Positions 32,005 through 41,490 of a stretch of DNA of 64,000 nt are shown here, piece by piece; within the stretch, counting starts at the first letter, position 1, and the number at the start of each line of letters is the position of its first letter. The position numbers were made by a program, and so were the translations under genes. The stretch lies in assembly GCA_036676495.1 (NCBI GenBank), contig JAKFCT010000019.1:504-64503 (forward strand), written 5' to 3'. Below the pieces are notes generated by a model, which ran no database searches, was not told where the DNA came from, and was given only the letters and a program-made list of their open reading frames with translations. Source of the DNA: Candidatus Sericytochromatia bacterium (GTDB lineage Bacteria > Cyanobacteriota > Sericytochromatia > S15B-MN24 > UBA4093).

Positions 32005-33216
32005 CTAACCCTCCGAACGCTGCGACGCCAGCAGCCGCTCCAGCACGAGCCGCCCGTGCTCGTAGTTCAGCCCCCCGTTCACGTAGACCGTCGCGGGATC
32101 CCGCCAGATGGCGTCGCAGCTCAACTCTGAGGTGGCGCCCTCGACGAACGACCCTTCCGAGCAGATCAGCGGCAAGTCGTAGCCGGGGCATTCCTCGGGC
32201 TCGGGTTCGGTGCCCGCGTTGATCGGGCAAGCGCGGTTGAAGCGATCCGTGAAGGCCACCAGCTCCTCGCGCGAGCGCAGCCGGATGGCGAGGTTGGTGT
32301 CGTTGGCGGGATAGCCGTCCATCACCGGGTACCCCAGCTCCCGGAAGGCATGGGCGAAGAGCATGCGGATCTTGAGGGCCTGACTCACCTTGTGCGGCGC
32401 CTCGAAGAGCCCCTGAGCCATCAGACGGGTCGCATGGAAGGTGGCGCCGCCACGGCGGCCGATACCGGGGGCCGTGAGCTGGATGGCGGCCCGCTCGACG
32501 AGGTCGCGGCGTCCGGCCACGTAGCCGCCAGAAGGCACGAGGCCTCCGCCGGGGTTCTTGATCAGCGAGCCCGCCACCAGATCCGCCCCGACCGCCGTGG
32601 GTTCGGCAAGCTCGGTGAACTCCCCGTAGCAGTTGTCCACGAAGACCAGCCGGCCCGGAGCCAGCTTGCGCACCTCCCGGATGGCATCGCGAAGCTGCCG
32701 GATGCTCAGGCTGGGCCGCCACTCGAAGCCCTTGGCCCGCTGGAAGTAAATCACCTTGGTTTCCGGCTTGAGGGCTGCCGCGAAGCCCGCGAGGTCGATT
32801 CCTCCCTCGGCGGTCAGGGGCACCTGCCGGAACTGGATGCCGCGCTCGGGAAGGCTGCCGGGCTGCGGGCCGCGCAGGCCGAAGAACGGCTCCAGCGTGG
32901 GGAAGGGCGGCCCCGATAGGGAGAGGATCTCGTCGCCGGGCTGGACGATCGCGCTGAGGGCCGTGACGAGCGCATGGGTTCCCGCCACGAACTGCAGCCG
33001 CACCATGGCGGCCTCGGCTCCGAAGAGCCGGGCGAAGACCCGGTCGAGCTTGTCGCGGCCCGGATCGTCGTGCCCGTAGCCGGCGGCCTCGATCAGATCC
33101 CCGCGAACCAGGCCCTCGGCGGCGTAGGCATCCAGCACGCGGGCCGTGAGGCGACGGGAGATCTTCTCGGCGCGCCGGAAGGCAGGGGCCAGCTCGGCCT
33201 CGGCGCGAGAAAGCAT
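32005..33216 (-). CDS. methionine gamma-lyase family (YnbB/aluminium-resistance-like) PLP enzyme
   Basis: GSLIKNPGGGLVPSGGYVAG PLP-Lys region and N-terminal AAGYGHDDPGRDKLD. Start ATG 33216 is uncertain (poor RBS). Confidence 0.75.
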   Translation of the reverse strand: MLSRAEAELAPAFRRAEKISRRLTARVLDAYAAEGLVRGDLIEAAGYGHDDPGRDKLDRVFARLFGAEAAMVRLQFVAGTHALVTALSAIVQPGDEILSLSGPPFPTLEPFFGLRGPQPGSLPERGIQFRQVPLTAEGGIDLAGFAAALKPETKVIYFQRAKGFEWRPSLSIRQLRDAIREVRKLAPGRLVFVDNCYGEFTELAEPTAVGADLVAGSLIKNPGGGLVPSGGYVAGRRDLVERAAIQLTAPGIGRRGGATFHATRLMAQGLFEAPHKVSQALKIRMLFAHAFRELGYPVMDGYPANDTNLAIRLRSREELVAFTDRFNRACPINAGTEPEPEECPGYDLPLICSEGSFVEGATSELSCDAIWRDPATVYVNGGLNYEHGRLVLERLLASQRSEG

Positions 33217-33235
33217 GCGGTGAGGGGAAAGGGTC

Positions 33236-34015
33236 TTAAGCACGAATGGACATGCCTCCGTCGATGTGAATGGCCTGGCCGGTGATGGACGACGCCAGGG
33301 GCGAGGCGAGGAAGGTCGCGAGCGCGCCGACTTCCGCGGGCGAGACGAAGCGGCCTTGCGGGATCTCGGAAAGCGCCCAGCGCATGGCGTCCTCGGCATC
33401 TTGCTCGGTGAGGGCCAGGTACTCCGGATCGGTCAGTTGCGTCTGCGCGAGCCGGGTATCCACCCAGCCGGGGCAGAGGGCGTTCACGGTGATGCCCTGG
33501 CGCGCGAACTCCTTGGCGAGGCTCTGGGCGAGGCCCACGAGACCCGCCTTGGCGGCCGAGTAGCCGGCCGCGTAGGTCTCGCCGCAGCGCCCGGAGATCG
33601 AGCTTACGATCACGACCCGGCCCCAGCCAGCCTCGCTCATGGCCGGCAGCGCCAGCCGCGACAGTGCGAAGGCGGCGTCCAGATGGATGGCCATCAGGCG
33701 GTCCCAGCGATCGCGCCCGAACTCGGGAGTCCGGCCGAAGTCGAAGAAACCCGCGCTGTGCACCAGCACGTCAGGCGCTCCCAGCTCGGAGGCGAGGGCG
33801 TTCCAGGCGGCTTGGAGGGCGTCGGGATCGGTCAGGTCGGCGGCTCGCCAGGGAGCGCCTCCCATCTCCGTGGAGGCGACGGCGAGTTCGTCGCTTTCGA
33901 GGGCGATCAGGCCGACGCGCGCGCCGGCGTCATGGAGGGACTGGGCGATCGCCCGACCGATGCCACGACCGGCTCCGGTGACGATCGCCCGCTTTCCGTC
34001 GAGGCGAATCTGCAA
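33236..34015 (-). CDS. SDR-family oxidoreductase (FabG-like)
   Basis: TGAGRGIGRAIA cofactor motif, YSAAK catalytic YxxxK, TTG start 34015. Confidence 0.88.
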   Translation of the reverse strand: MQIRLDGKRAIVTGAGRGIGRAIAQSLHDAGARVGLIALESDELAVASTEMGGAPWRAADLTDPDALQAAWNALASELGAPDVLVHSAGFFDFGRTPEFGRDRWDRLMAIHLDAAFALSRLALPAMSEAGWGRVVIVSSISGRCGETYAAGYSAAKAGLVGLAQSLAKEFARQGITVNALCPGWVDTRLAQTQLTDPEYLALTEQDAEDAMRWALSEIPQGRFVSPAEVGALATFLASPLASSITGQAIHIDGGMSIRA

Positions 34016-34086
34016 GGGAAGGACCTTTCCAGGTAAAGTCAGGGGTCTTTCCCTATTCTAGCGCCAACTCGCCTCACGCGGACGTC

Positions 34087-34106
34087 ATTCCCGCGAAAGC
34101 GGGAAT
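34087..34106 (-). terminator. hairpin ATTCCCGC-GAAA-GCGGGAAT downstream of lipoprotein gene
   Basis: 8-bp stem with a GAAA tetraloop, 57 nt after stop 34164 on the minus strand. Confidence 0.4.
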
Positions 34107-34163
34107 CCAGGCCGCCGGTATCGGGCGACGCCCACTGGACTCCCGCCCCTTGGGGAGTGGGGC

Positions 34164-35012
34164 TCAGGAGCCGACCCGCGCCGAGAGCGGGTACTCGGGG
34201 ATGGGCAGCGTGAGCTGCTTGGTGCCGGCGTCCGAGTCGATGCCCACGGGCACGTCCACCGAGCCCGTGGCCAGAGTTCCGGCAGAAGCGTCCCTGGCGG
34301 TGGCCAGCACGCGGTAGGTCGTTCCGGCGCGCAGGTGGGTCAGCGTGAGCTTGCCGGGCAACGAGGGCTTCGGAAGGCTCTGCGGCGTCCGGATTTCGAC
34401 GGACGTGCTGCCATCCATGCGGTAGACGCTGGCGGCGAGCGCCTCGACCCGGTTCGTCGCACCGCTCACGCCCAAGGTGATCGCGGCCGTGGCGATGAAG
34501 AGCTTGTCCACCAGGGTCACGGGGAGCCGCGCGGCGCTCAGTTGCGGCTGATCGGAGTAGCCGACGCTGATCTCCGCGTAGGAGCCCGCATCGTCCGTCG
34601 AGATCAGCGTCGATTCACCCGCTTCGTTCTGGGCGTAAGCCTGCGCGTAGATCCGGTAATGCTGCTGGGCCCGCATGTTCGTGAGGCGGATCGGGCGATC
34701 GAAGTCGATGCTCGGCGAAGCCATCGAGAGGCGGATGCGGGAGGGATCTCCCGGCTCGACCGCCAAGCCGGTGGCCGATGAGATCGGCTTGAAGCTGCCG
34801 TCCGGCGTCCGGACGTAAGGCAGGACGTCCAGTTGCACGATGTCCTGCTTGGTCCAGGGCTTGATCACGGCCTGCAAGGCGGGTGCGTTCATGAGCGTGG
34901 GCTGGATCAAGACATCCACCCGCTCGTGGCCGACGGGCGGCTGAAAGGTCGCATGGCAAGCCGTGAGCCCCCATAACGAGGCCAGGCAAGCCGGCAGATG
35001 GAGCGTGCGCAT
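34164..35012 (-). CDS. lipoprotein, hypothetical (beta-rich)
   Basis: Lipobox GLTAC. Shares a ...TTYRV/I...A.D beta-sandwich-like motif with the upstream gene. Confidence 0.65.
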   Translation of the reverse strand: MRTLHLPACLASLWGLTACHATFQPPVGHERVDVLIQPTLMNAPALQAVIKPWTKQDIVQLDVLPYVRTPDGSFKPISSATGLAVEPGDPSRIRLSMASPSIDFDRPIRLTNMRAQQHYRIYAQAYAQNEAGESTLISTDDAGSYAEISVGYSDQPQLSAARLPVTLVDKLFIATAAITLGVSGATNRVEALAASVYRMDGSTSVEIRTPQSLPKPSLPGKLTLTHLRAGTTYRVLATARDASAGTLATGSVDVPVGIDSDAGTKQLTLPIPEYPLSARVGS

Positions 35013-35024
35013 GAGGCGTTCCGC

Positions 35025-35645
35025 CTAGTTCGACGGGACGAACTCGATTTTTTCCGAGTCCGCGTAGGTGTAGCCGCCATCCGTGACGTCGATGCCCTCC
35101 GCGGTCGCGGTGGCGTTGAAGGGCCGGTCCTTGAGCCGGACCGTCAGCCTGGCGAGGTTGACGACCTCCTCGATGCCGATCGCCACGTCCAGCTCACCGG
35201 GCACGCTGATGGGCGCCGTGCCGGGCGCGGGCTGTGCCACGTCGTAGGCGGACCAGCGGATCCGGTAGGTGGTCTTGGGGTGCAGGCCGGAGAAGCGAAT
35301 CGTCCCGTTGCCGGAGAGATCGGTCGAGTTGACCGCGCGGTTGTCCGCGTTCAGGGTCGCGGGCAGCTTCCAGCCGCCGCCGTCCTGAACCAGCCGGATG
35401 ATCTCGACGTCCAGCCGCTTGATGTCCGCGCGGGTGTAGTTCTTCACCTCGGCAAGGGTCGTGTAGCTGCCGTCCTGGACCTCGGTGACCAGCTCCAGGA
35501 CCGCGTTCCCCTGCGGGATCACGTTCCCCGTGCCCATGCCCGGGTTTCCGGTCCCCGTTTGTCTCCCATCCGGGCCCTGGGGTCCCAAAGGAAAAAAGCA
35601 TCCCGTCACCAGGAGGGTCATGAGGCCAAGCACGAAGGGTTTCAA
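35025..35645 (-). CDS. lipoprotein, hypothetical (beta-rich)
   Basis: Lipobox LVTGC. GTGNPGMGTGN linker followed by a beta-rich domain. Confidence 0.65.
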   Translation of the reverse strand: MKPFVLGLMTLLVTGCFFPLGPQGPDGRQTGTGNPGMGTGNVIPQGNAVLELVTEVQDGSYTTLAEVKNYTRADIKRLDVEIIRLVQDGGGWKLPATLNADNRAVNSTDLSGNGTIRFSGLHPKTTYRIRWSAYDVAQPAPGTAPISVPGELDVAIGIEEVVNLARLTVRLKDRPFNATATAEGIDVTDGGYTYADSEKIEFVPSN

Positions 35646-35746
35646 AGGTCGTCCTCCAAGGGCGGTGAAGAGGGAGAAAGCAAGCGCACTCGTAAGGACG
35701 ATTATCGCAAATCCGCCTGGCGGAGGAGCAGGACGATCTTTCGGGG

Positions 35747-36577
35747 TTACAGCACGATCTTTCGCGATGCGTCTCCGGAGTCCGGTTCATCCTCGCTTGG
35801 CCGGGAGGCGTTCAACTGGCGCCAGGCCATCGGCGGAACGCCGTAGAGCTTGCGGAAGTGGCGCACGAAGTAGTTGGGATCGAAGTAGCCGACCGAGGCC
35901 GCGATGCGCTTGATGGGAGCGTCGGTTTCGAGCATCAGGCGGCGCGCATGCTGCATGCGCACCTCCGTGATCCACTTCTGGATCGACTTGCCGGTTTCAC
36001 GCCGGGCGAGGCTGGTGAGGTACGCCGGAGAGTAGCCGACCCCGTCAGCGACCTCCTGCAACGTGATCGCCGTGGCGTAGTGTGCGTGAATGTACGCAAG
36101 GACGCGATCCATCAGGGACTCCTCGCGGCCGGACGGCTCGCTTGCCCCGGTCTTGGCCGCCGGCAGTGCCTCGGTTGCAGGCAGGGCCTGACGCTGGGCG
36201 TGACCCAGCGCGCGGGCGATCACGGCATCGAGCAGGGAAAGATCCGACAGGGGCTTTTCGAGGAAGTCGAAGCCGCGCCCGTCGCGCAGGGCCGCGACCG
36301 CGTCCTTCACCGTGGCCTGGCCGGAGAGGAAGATCACCGGGACCTCGGGGGCGAACTCCTTAAGCCGATCCAGCAACTGCAAGCCATCCATCCCCGGCAT
36401 GCGCAGATCCGTGAGGACGACCTGAAAGCGCGTGATACGCGCCAAGGCCAGGGCTTCCCGCCCGTCGGCCGCCTCCGAGACGGCGTAGCCCGAGCACGTC
36501 AGCCAGTCGCAAAGCGTGGCGCGAAAGTCGGTGTCGTCCTCGACGATCAGGATCCGCGGGCTGGGAGAGGGGGTCAC
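35747..36577 (-). CDS. response regulator, REC plus AraC-type HTH
   Basis: ILIVEDD...VVLTDLRMPGMDG receiver domain. C-terminal AraC HTH (ITLQEVADGVGYSPAYLTSLARRETG ... IAASVGYFDPNYFVRHFRKLYG). Start uncertain: GTG 36577 follows GGAGG, and the longer ORF-track N-terminus would overlap the divergent kinase gene. Confidence 0.85.
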   Translation of the reverse strand: MTPSPSPRILIVEDDTDFRATLCDWLTCSGYAVSEAADGREALALARITRFQVVLTDLRMPGMDGLQLLDRLKEFAPEVPVIFLSGQATVKDAVAALRDGRGFDFLEKPLSDLSLLDAVIARALGHAQRQALPATEALPAAKTGASEPSGREESLMDRVLAYIHAHYATAITLQEVADGVGYSPAYLTSLARRETGKSIQKWITEVRMQHARRLMLETDAPIKRIAASVGYFDPNYFVRHFRKLYGVPPMAWRQLNASRPSEDEPDSGDASRKIVL

Positions 36578-36680
36578 GACGCTCGACACCTCCGAGACAA
36601 GCAAGTAAAGGATAAGATTAGCACAGGCCGGCGCCCGTGAAATCTGGGCGCTGGGACCTCTGGGCCGCGAAGGGAGCCGC

Positions 36681-39104
36681 ATGTTCACGATGAGACGCCA
36701 CTTCTCTCTGGCCGCCTTGGCGCTCGGCCTGCTGATCTTCACCGTGGTGAACTTGGTCATCACCCTGCCGGAAATCGGCCGGACGTTCGCCGGCTTCAAG
36801 GTCCTCCCCGGCATGGCCGCCACCTGGCTGATGCCCGCAAACTGGGAGGGGCCGCGCGCCGGCATGCGCCCCATGGACCGGATCTTGAGCGTGAACGGTG
36901 TCCCCGTCCACAGCAGCGAGGCCCTCATTCGCCATGTCGCTGAGCAGCCCATCGGCACCCTCCATACCTACGAGGTCGAACGCTCGGCCCTGGATGGCCA
37001 ACGCTCGCGCTTCACGCTCGAGGTCCCTGCCCGGACCTTCACCTGGAGCGACTGGGGCATCACTGTTTTGCCTCGCTGGTTCGCAGGGCTTTGCTACCTG
37101 TTGATCGGCTTCTGGGTGATCTCCCTCAAGCCGCGGGATCGGGCCGCGCAGGCGCACGCGGGCTTGTGTCTCACCCTCGGCATGCTGATGATGGGCAGCT
37201 ACGACGCCAATACGACCCACCTTCTCATGAACTCCTGGACCTTCATGCCGCTCTTGATCGCGGCAGGAGCCTTCGGGTGGATCTTGGCACTCCAGTTGCC
37301 TGCTCCCATCGACCCGGACAAGCGCCGGACGCTGGAACGCGCGGCGATCGCCCTCAGCCTCGCGGTCGCCCTTTTCAGTGTCGCCTTCCAGCACCACCCG
37401 GACACCTTCTACCTGTCCCGAAACCTCGCCCAGACATGGGCGATCCTCGGCTCCTGGACCCTCTTCGCCAGCATCGCCTGGCGAGGCTTCCGCCCCTCGA
37501 CGCCTCCGCGGCAGCGCAACTCGGCCAAGATCATGCTGCTCGGCGGCCTGGTTTCCACCCTGCCCTCCCCGATCTCCATGGCCGCCAGCGCGCTCGGGTA
37601 CCCTGTCCCCCTTACCGTGCTCCAGGACCTGAGCCTCGTGCTCTTCCCGCTCGCTATCGGCTATGCCATCGTCCGCCACCAGCTCTTCGACGTCGACGTC
37701 ATCATCCGGCGATCGCTCGTCTACTCGCTGGTCGGCCTCGTGCTTTTCGTCCTTTACCTACTCTTGCTGGGCGGTGCCCGCGCCGTCATGGGCGCTCAGG
37801 ACTTTGCCGCCAATATCTTTGCGACGGCGGTCATCGCCGTCAGCTTTGCGCCCTTGCGGGACCGTATCAAGCTATGGCTCGACAAGCTCTTCTTCCGGGC
37901 ACCTTACGACTTCAAGGCCATCGTCTCGGGCTTCGCCACGCTGGCCCAAGAGACGACCGACGCCGAAACCTTGGCGCGCAGTTACGTGCAGCAGCTTACG
38001 GAGGTCTTTCGCCCCAAGTACGCGGCCCTTTTCCTGCTCGACGCGGATGGCGCGCTCCGGCTCGCGCAAGCCGTCGAACTCTGCCCCACCACCGAGCACC
38101 TGGCCGAGCAGAAGTCGTACGCGTGGCTCGAACAGGGAGCCACCGGCACCCTCCAAGGCTCGCCGAGCGGAGAGCTCGGGCTGCTGCTCACCGCGGGCGA
38201 CGTGACGCTCGGGACGATCCTGCTCGGCCCGAAACGCTCCGATCTGGCCTATTCCGCGCAGGACCAGCAGCTCTTCCTGCTGCTCAGCCGGCAGCTCGCG
38301 ATCAGCCTCAAGCTGATCGCCCGGATCGAGGTGGAGCGCCGCCAACGCTCGCATATCGAGGCCCTGGAGGAATCCAAGGCCATGCAAGAGCAGTTCCTGA
38401 ACATGGTCAGCCACGAGCTGCGCATGCCCCTCAGCAACATCCTGGGATCCGTGAGCTTCCTGGAGCGCTTCGGAGAGGAGACGACCCCGCGCCAGTCGAA
38501 CCACCTCCGCCGGATCCAGCGCAGCGCCATGACCTTGCAGGGCTTGGTGAGCGACCTCCTCAACGCCGCGCAGCTGCGGGCGGGACAGTTCGCGATCCGT
38601 TCCGAGGAGGTGAGCCTCGAACGGGTCGTCGCCGAGGTGCTCTCCGACCTGCATCCCTTGGCCGAGAACAAGCAGCAGCGCCTGGTGGCGGAGATCGAGA
38701 GCGACTTGCCGGCGTTGCTGGGCGATCGCGAGCGTCTCGCGCAGCTCCTGAGGAACCTGGTTCACAACGCCATCCGCTACACGCCGTCGGGAGGCCGTGT
38801 CACGGTGCGCTTGCTTCGGCAAGGCCATGCCCTGCGCTGCGAGGTCCAGGACGACGGGCCCGGCATCCCCCCGGAGCGGCGCGACGTGATCTTCGAGCGC
38901 TTCGGACGCGTGGAGGGCTCCCAGGATGGCGGCATCGGCCTCGGTCTCTTCATCGCCAAGGGCCTGGCAGAGGCCCATGGTGGGACGATCGGAGTCGATT
39001 CCGAACCCGGACGCGGCAGCTGCTTCTACTTCCTCGTCCCGCTAGCGGCGCAATCCCCGGATAACCAGACAGGGACGGGTTTCCCGCCTGTGGGATCAGG
39101 GTAA
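36681..39104 (+). CDS. sensor histidine kinase (PDZ, multi-TM, GAF, HisKA, HATPase_c)
   Basis: RBS GAAGGGAG. PDZ-like DRILSVNGVPVHSSEAL. About six TM helices. H-box VSHELRMPL. N/G boxes LVHNAIRYTP, DDGPGIP, GGIGLGLFI. Confidence 0.9.
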   Translation: MFTMRRHFSLAALALGLLIFTVVNLVITLPEIGRTFAGFKVLPGMAATWLMPANWEGPRAGMRPMDRILSVNGVPVHSSEALIRHVAEQPIGTLHTYEVERSALDGQRSRFTLEVPARTFTWSDWGITVLPRWFAGLCYLLIGFWVISLKPRDRAAQAHAGLCLTLGMLMMGSYDANTTHLLMNSWTFMPLLIAAGAFGWILALQLPAPIDPDKRRTLERAAIALSLAVALFSVAFQHHPDTFYLSRNLAQTWAILGSWTLFASIAWRGFRPSTPPRQRNSAKIMLLGGLVSTLPSPISMAASALGYPVPLTVLQDLSLVLFPLAIGYAIVRHQLFDVDVIIRRSLVYSLVGLVLFVLYLLLLGGARAVMGAQDFAANIFATAVIAVSFAPLRDRIKLWLDKLFFRAPYDFKAIVSGFATLAQETTDAETLARSYVQQLTEVFRPKYAALFLLDADGALRLAQAVELCPTTEHLAEQKSYAWLEQGATGTLQGSPSGELGLLLTAGDVTLGTILLGPKRSDLAYSAQDQQLFLLLSRQLAISLKLIARIEVERRQRSHIEALEESKAMQEQFLNMVSHELRMPLSNILGSVSFLERFGEETTPRQSNHLRRIQRSAMTLQGLVSDLLNAAQLRAGQFAIRSEEVSLERVVAEVLSDLHPLAENKQQRLVAEIESDLPALLGDRERLAQLLRNLVHNAIRYTPSGGRVTVRLLRQGHALRCEVQDDGPGIPPERRDVIFERFGRVEGSQDGGIGLGLFIAKGLAEAHGGTIGVDSEPGRGSCFYFLVPLAAQSPDNQTGTGFPPVGSG

Positions 39105-39141
39105 ACGGAGCATGTAGGCCCTATCTCACGGAGAGATCACG

Positions 39142-39636
39142 ATGCAACCAGCCGCTGATCGCATCCCGCTCGATCCCTACTACCCGCTGGTGGCGGGTTA
39201 CGAGTGGATCTATCGCGAGGAGGAGTCCGAATCGATCGTGGTCTACGCCATCGATCGCCTCATGCGGACCCCGGCCGGAGGCAAGGTGACCTTCACCTCG
39301 GCAGGAGGCGGAGAGGACGAGTTCATCGTCTCCCGCAACGGCCTGTACCGCCCCGAAGCCCCCGACGCCCCCATCCTGCGTTTTCCCTTCAAGCCAGGAG
39401 CCCATTGGAGCTATGACGATCCCGACCTGGGCAAGGTCCAGTGCCATGTGCACGGTCCTGAGGAGGTCGAAACGTCCGCGGGCCTCTTGAGAGACTGTTA
39501 TCGGGTGGTGCATGCGGCCCATGGAGAGCCTTTTCTCACCGAGTGGTACGCCTGGGAGGTCGGCCTCGCCAAGTGGGTCGAACGCACGCACTATGACGAA
39601 CGCACCTATTCGCTCTGCGGCATGGTGCGCCTCTAA
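39142..39636 (+). CDS. hypothetical protein (164 aa)
   Basis: RBS GGAGAG, coding-like composition, no motif recognised. Confidence 0.55.
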   Translation: MQPAADRIPLDPYYPLVAGYEWIYREEESESIVVYAIDRLMRTPAGGKVTFTSAGGGEDEFIVSRNGLYRPEAPDAPILRFPFKPGAHWSYDDPDLGKVQCHVHGPEEVETSAGLLRDCYRVVHAAHGEPFLTEWYAWEVGLAKWVERTHYDERTYSLCGMVRL

Positions 39637-39699
39637 GCCTTCATAACGACTTGCCGAGAACTTCCGCGAGTGCTGGCCGGCGAAGCCGGCGCATTCGCC

Positions 39700-40827
39700 T
39701 TAACGGGCCCGTTTGACACGAAGGTCGAAGCGTCCCGGCTCTTGGCGCACGAGTTCCAGCTTCAACGGTGTCTTCTTGGAGCCCGTCATCACGCGATCGA
39801 GCAGTTCGTCGAGCGGCTCTCGGCTCCAGACGGTGTACGTGGCCTCTCCGGCTCCCGAGCGCTCCAGTCTCACCTGGCGACCGGCCTCCTTGAGCAGCTC
39901 CGTGAAGCGTTTTTGCTGCTCGTAGCCCGCGAGGCCCCGGAGGGTGACCCGGTAAGGCCTTCCCTGGTAGGCGTCGCTCTTCCAGTGCGCGAGGACCAGC
40001 TTCATGGTTCGCTCGGCCGCATCCCTTACCGCCTCCTCGGTGGCGGCCTCGAAGCCCGACGTCGCGCCTGAGCGCATGGCCAGCTCTCGGGAGTAGCCGG
40101 TCTCCGAGCCGAGGCCTCGCCCGGTGGCCGCGTCATGGGCGCTGATTTGCACGCGGGCCTTCACGAAGCGCCACTCTCCCGACCGCCGGGTCTCCCGGAG
40201 GTCCGCCGAGAGCACCAGGTACGCATCCGCGAGCGCCGTGATCGCCGCCTCGGGCGCCTCGCGCTCCGAGGCCTGCACGTACTCGATTCCCTTGCCCGCC
40301 AGGTAAGCGTTCATGCGCGCGACGGCAAGGCCGCTCAAGGCATGCTGAGGGCCCTGGGAATCGTAGCTGACCACCAGTTTCGGGTTGCCCACCTGCATCT
40401 GCAGCACCTTGAGGGCCACCAGATCCTCGTGAATGGATTTCTCGGTGACGACGACCCGGACCCGCAGGCCCAACGCCCCGTCCGGGTGATGGTAACGGTC
40501 CAGGACCCGGTAGGAGGAAACGTAGCCCTCCGAGTGCGCGAAGACCCGGTCGCGAACGGTCTGGAAGTTCGAAACCTCGGTGTCCGCGGAGACCATGACC
40601 CCCACGACCTTTTCCAGGGCGTTGCGGAAGGCATCCTGGAGCGCGCTCTCCTCGCTGAGGCCCCTTCCCTCGACCTCCACCCCCTCCTGGGGCAATGGCG
40701 ATGCGGCGGCTTCGGCGGGGAGACCGGCGGCCGCGAAGGGCCGTTGCGACAAGGAGCCTGCCGCTGGAGACGCCCATGCCGAGGGGCCGAGGAGGCAGAA
40801 CGTCAAGAAGAGGGCGATCGGTCTCAT
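39700..40827 (-). CDS. exported protein with LPP20/FlgT-N-like module
   Basis: ATG 40827 overlaps the upstream stop (ATGA). Signal peptide ...AWA-SP. Segment GRGLSEESALQDAFRNALEKVVGVMVSADTEVSNFQTVRDRV follows the LPP20-type pattern. Confidence 0.55.
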   Translation of the reverse strand: MRPIALFLTFCLLGPSAWASPAAGSLSQRPFAAAGLPAEAAASPLPQEGVEVEGRGLSEESALQDAFRNALEKVVGVMVSADTEVSNFQTVRDRVFAHSEGYVSSYRVLDRYHHPDGALGLRVRVVVTEKSIHEDLVALKVLQMQVGNPKLVVSYDSQGPQHALSGLAVARMNAYLAGKGIEYVQASEREAPEAAITALADAYLVLSADLRETRRSGEWRFVKARVQISAHDAATGRGLGSETGYSRELAMRSGATSGFEAATEEAVRDAAERTMKLVLAHWKSDAYQGRPYRVTLRGLAGYEQQKRFTELLKEAGRQVRLERSGAGEATYTVWSREPLDELLDRVMTGSKKTPLKLELVRQEPGRFDLRVKRAR

Positions 40828-41468
40828 TGTGGGTTTCCTTGCTTGAAGTCGGGCTTGATCCAGGTCCCGCGCGAGTCGATCCGCTGGCGAACGTTGGAGA
40901 CGAGGGCGCTCAGGGAGTCTTGCTGAACGAACTGGATGATGAAGGCCGGGACGGGGACGGTCGTCTCGACCTCGGAGTCGTACGTGAGGATGGTGCCGCC
41001 GTCGATGCCGTCGAGCCGCCAGGAACCGTCCACTCGCTTCAGCATGGTGCCCTCGACGAGCGACCACTGGATGCGTCGCGGCGGATCGAAGACCCGGCGC
41101 AGGACCATGCTGCCGCGCGCATTGCGCATCTCGACCTCAGCCCAGCCGGGGCCTTGCTTTCGGACAATGCAAGCATCCAGGTTGGGCATGAATTGGGGAA
41201 GCTGAGGGTGATCGGTGAGGATTTGATAGGCCTGCTGGGGAGTGGCGCCCACGAAGAAGCTCGCCGTCACGCCGCCGGCGCGCCGGCTGATCCGGGCCTT
41301 CTGGCGGAGCTCGGAGACGTCCTCGGGAGACCACGAGATCGGAGCCGCGGGCGCTGCCAGCGCGGCTCCCGTCGAGAATGCGGCTCCCCTCGAGAATGCG
41401 GCTCCCCCGGTCAGGGCCGGAAGGCCGAGGAGGGTGGCGCTGGTCAAGACGAGCCAAGTTCGACGCAT
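40824..41468 (-). CDS. exported SRPBCC (polyketide cyclase/dehydrase-like) protein
   Basis: ATG 41468 after GGGAGG. Signal peptide. QQAYQILTDHPQLPQFMPNL ... SWRLDGIDGGTILTYDSEVE, typical of the SRPBCC lipid-binding fold. Confidence 0.7.
   Translation of the reverse strand: MRRTWLVLTSATLLGLPALTGGAAFSRGAAFSTGAALAAPAAPISWSPEDVSELRQKARISRRAGGVTASFFVGATPQQAYQILTDHPQLPQFMPNLDACIVRKQGPGWAEVEMRNARGSMVLRRVFDPPRRIQWSLVEGTMLKRVDGSWRLDGIDGGTILTYDSEVETTVPVPAFIIQFVQQDSLSALVSNVRQRIDSRGTWIKPDFKQGNPQ
41362..41408. repeat. 18-bp tandem repeat (about 2.5 copies) inside SRPBCC gene
   Basis: GCGGCTCCC(G/C)TCGAGAAT repeated. Encodes GAAFSRGAAFSTGAA just after the signal peptide. Confidence 0.8.
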
Positions 41469-41490
41469 GGGGACCTCCCGCCTGTCCGGG

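Noticed and set aside
34087-34106. REP/MITE-like element (cattcccgcgaaagcgggaatc)
   Set aside because: There is only a single copy in the window, with no flanking direct repeats. It is treated as a simple terminator-like hairpin.
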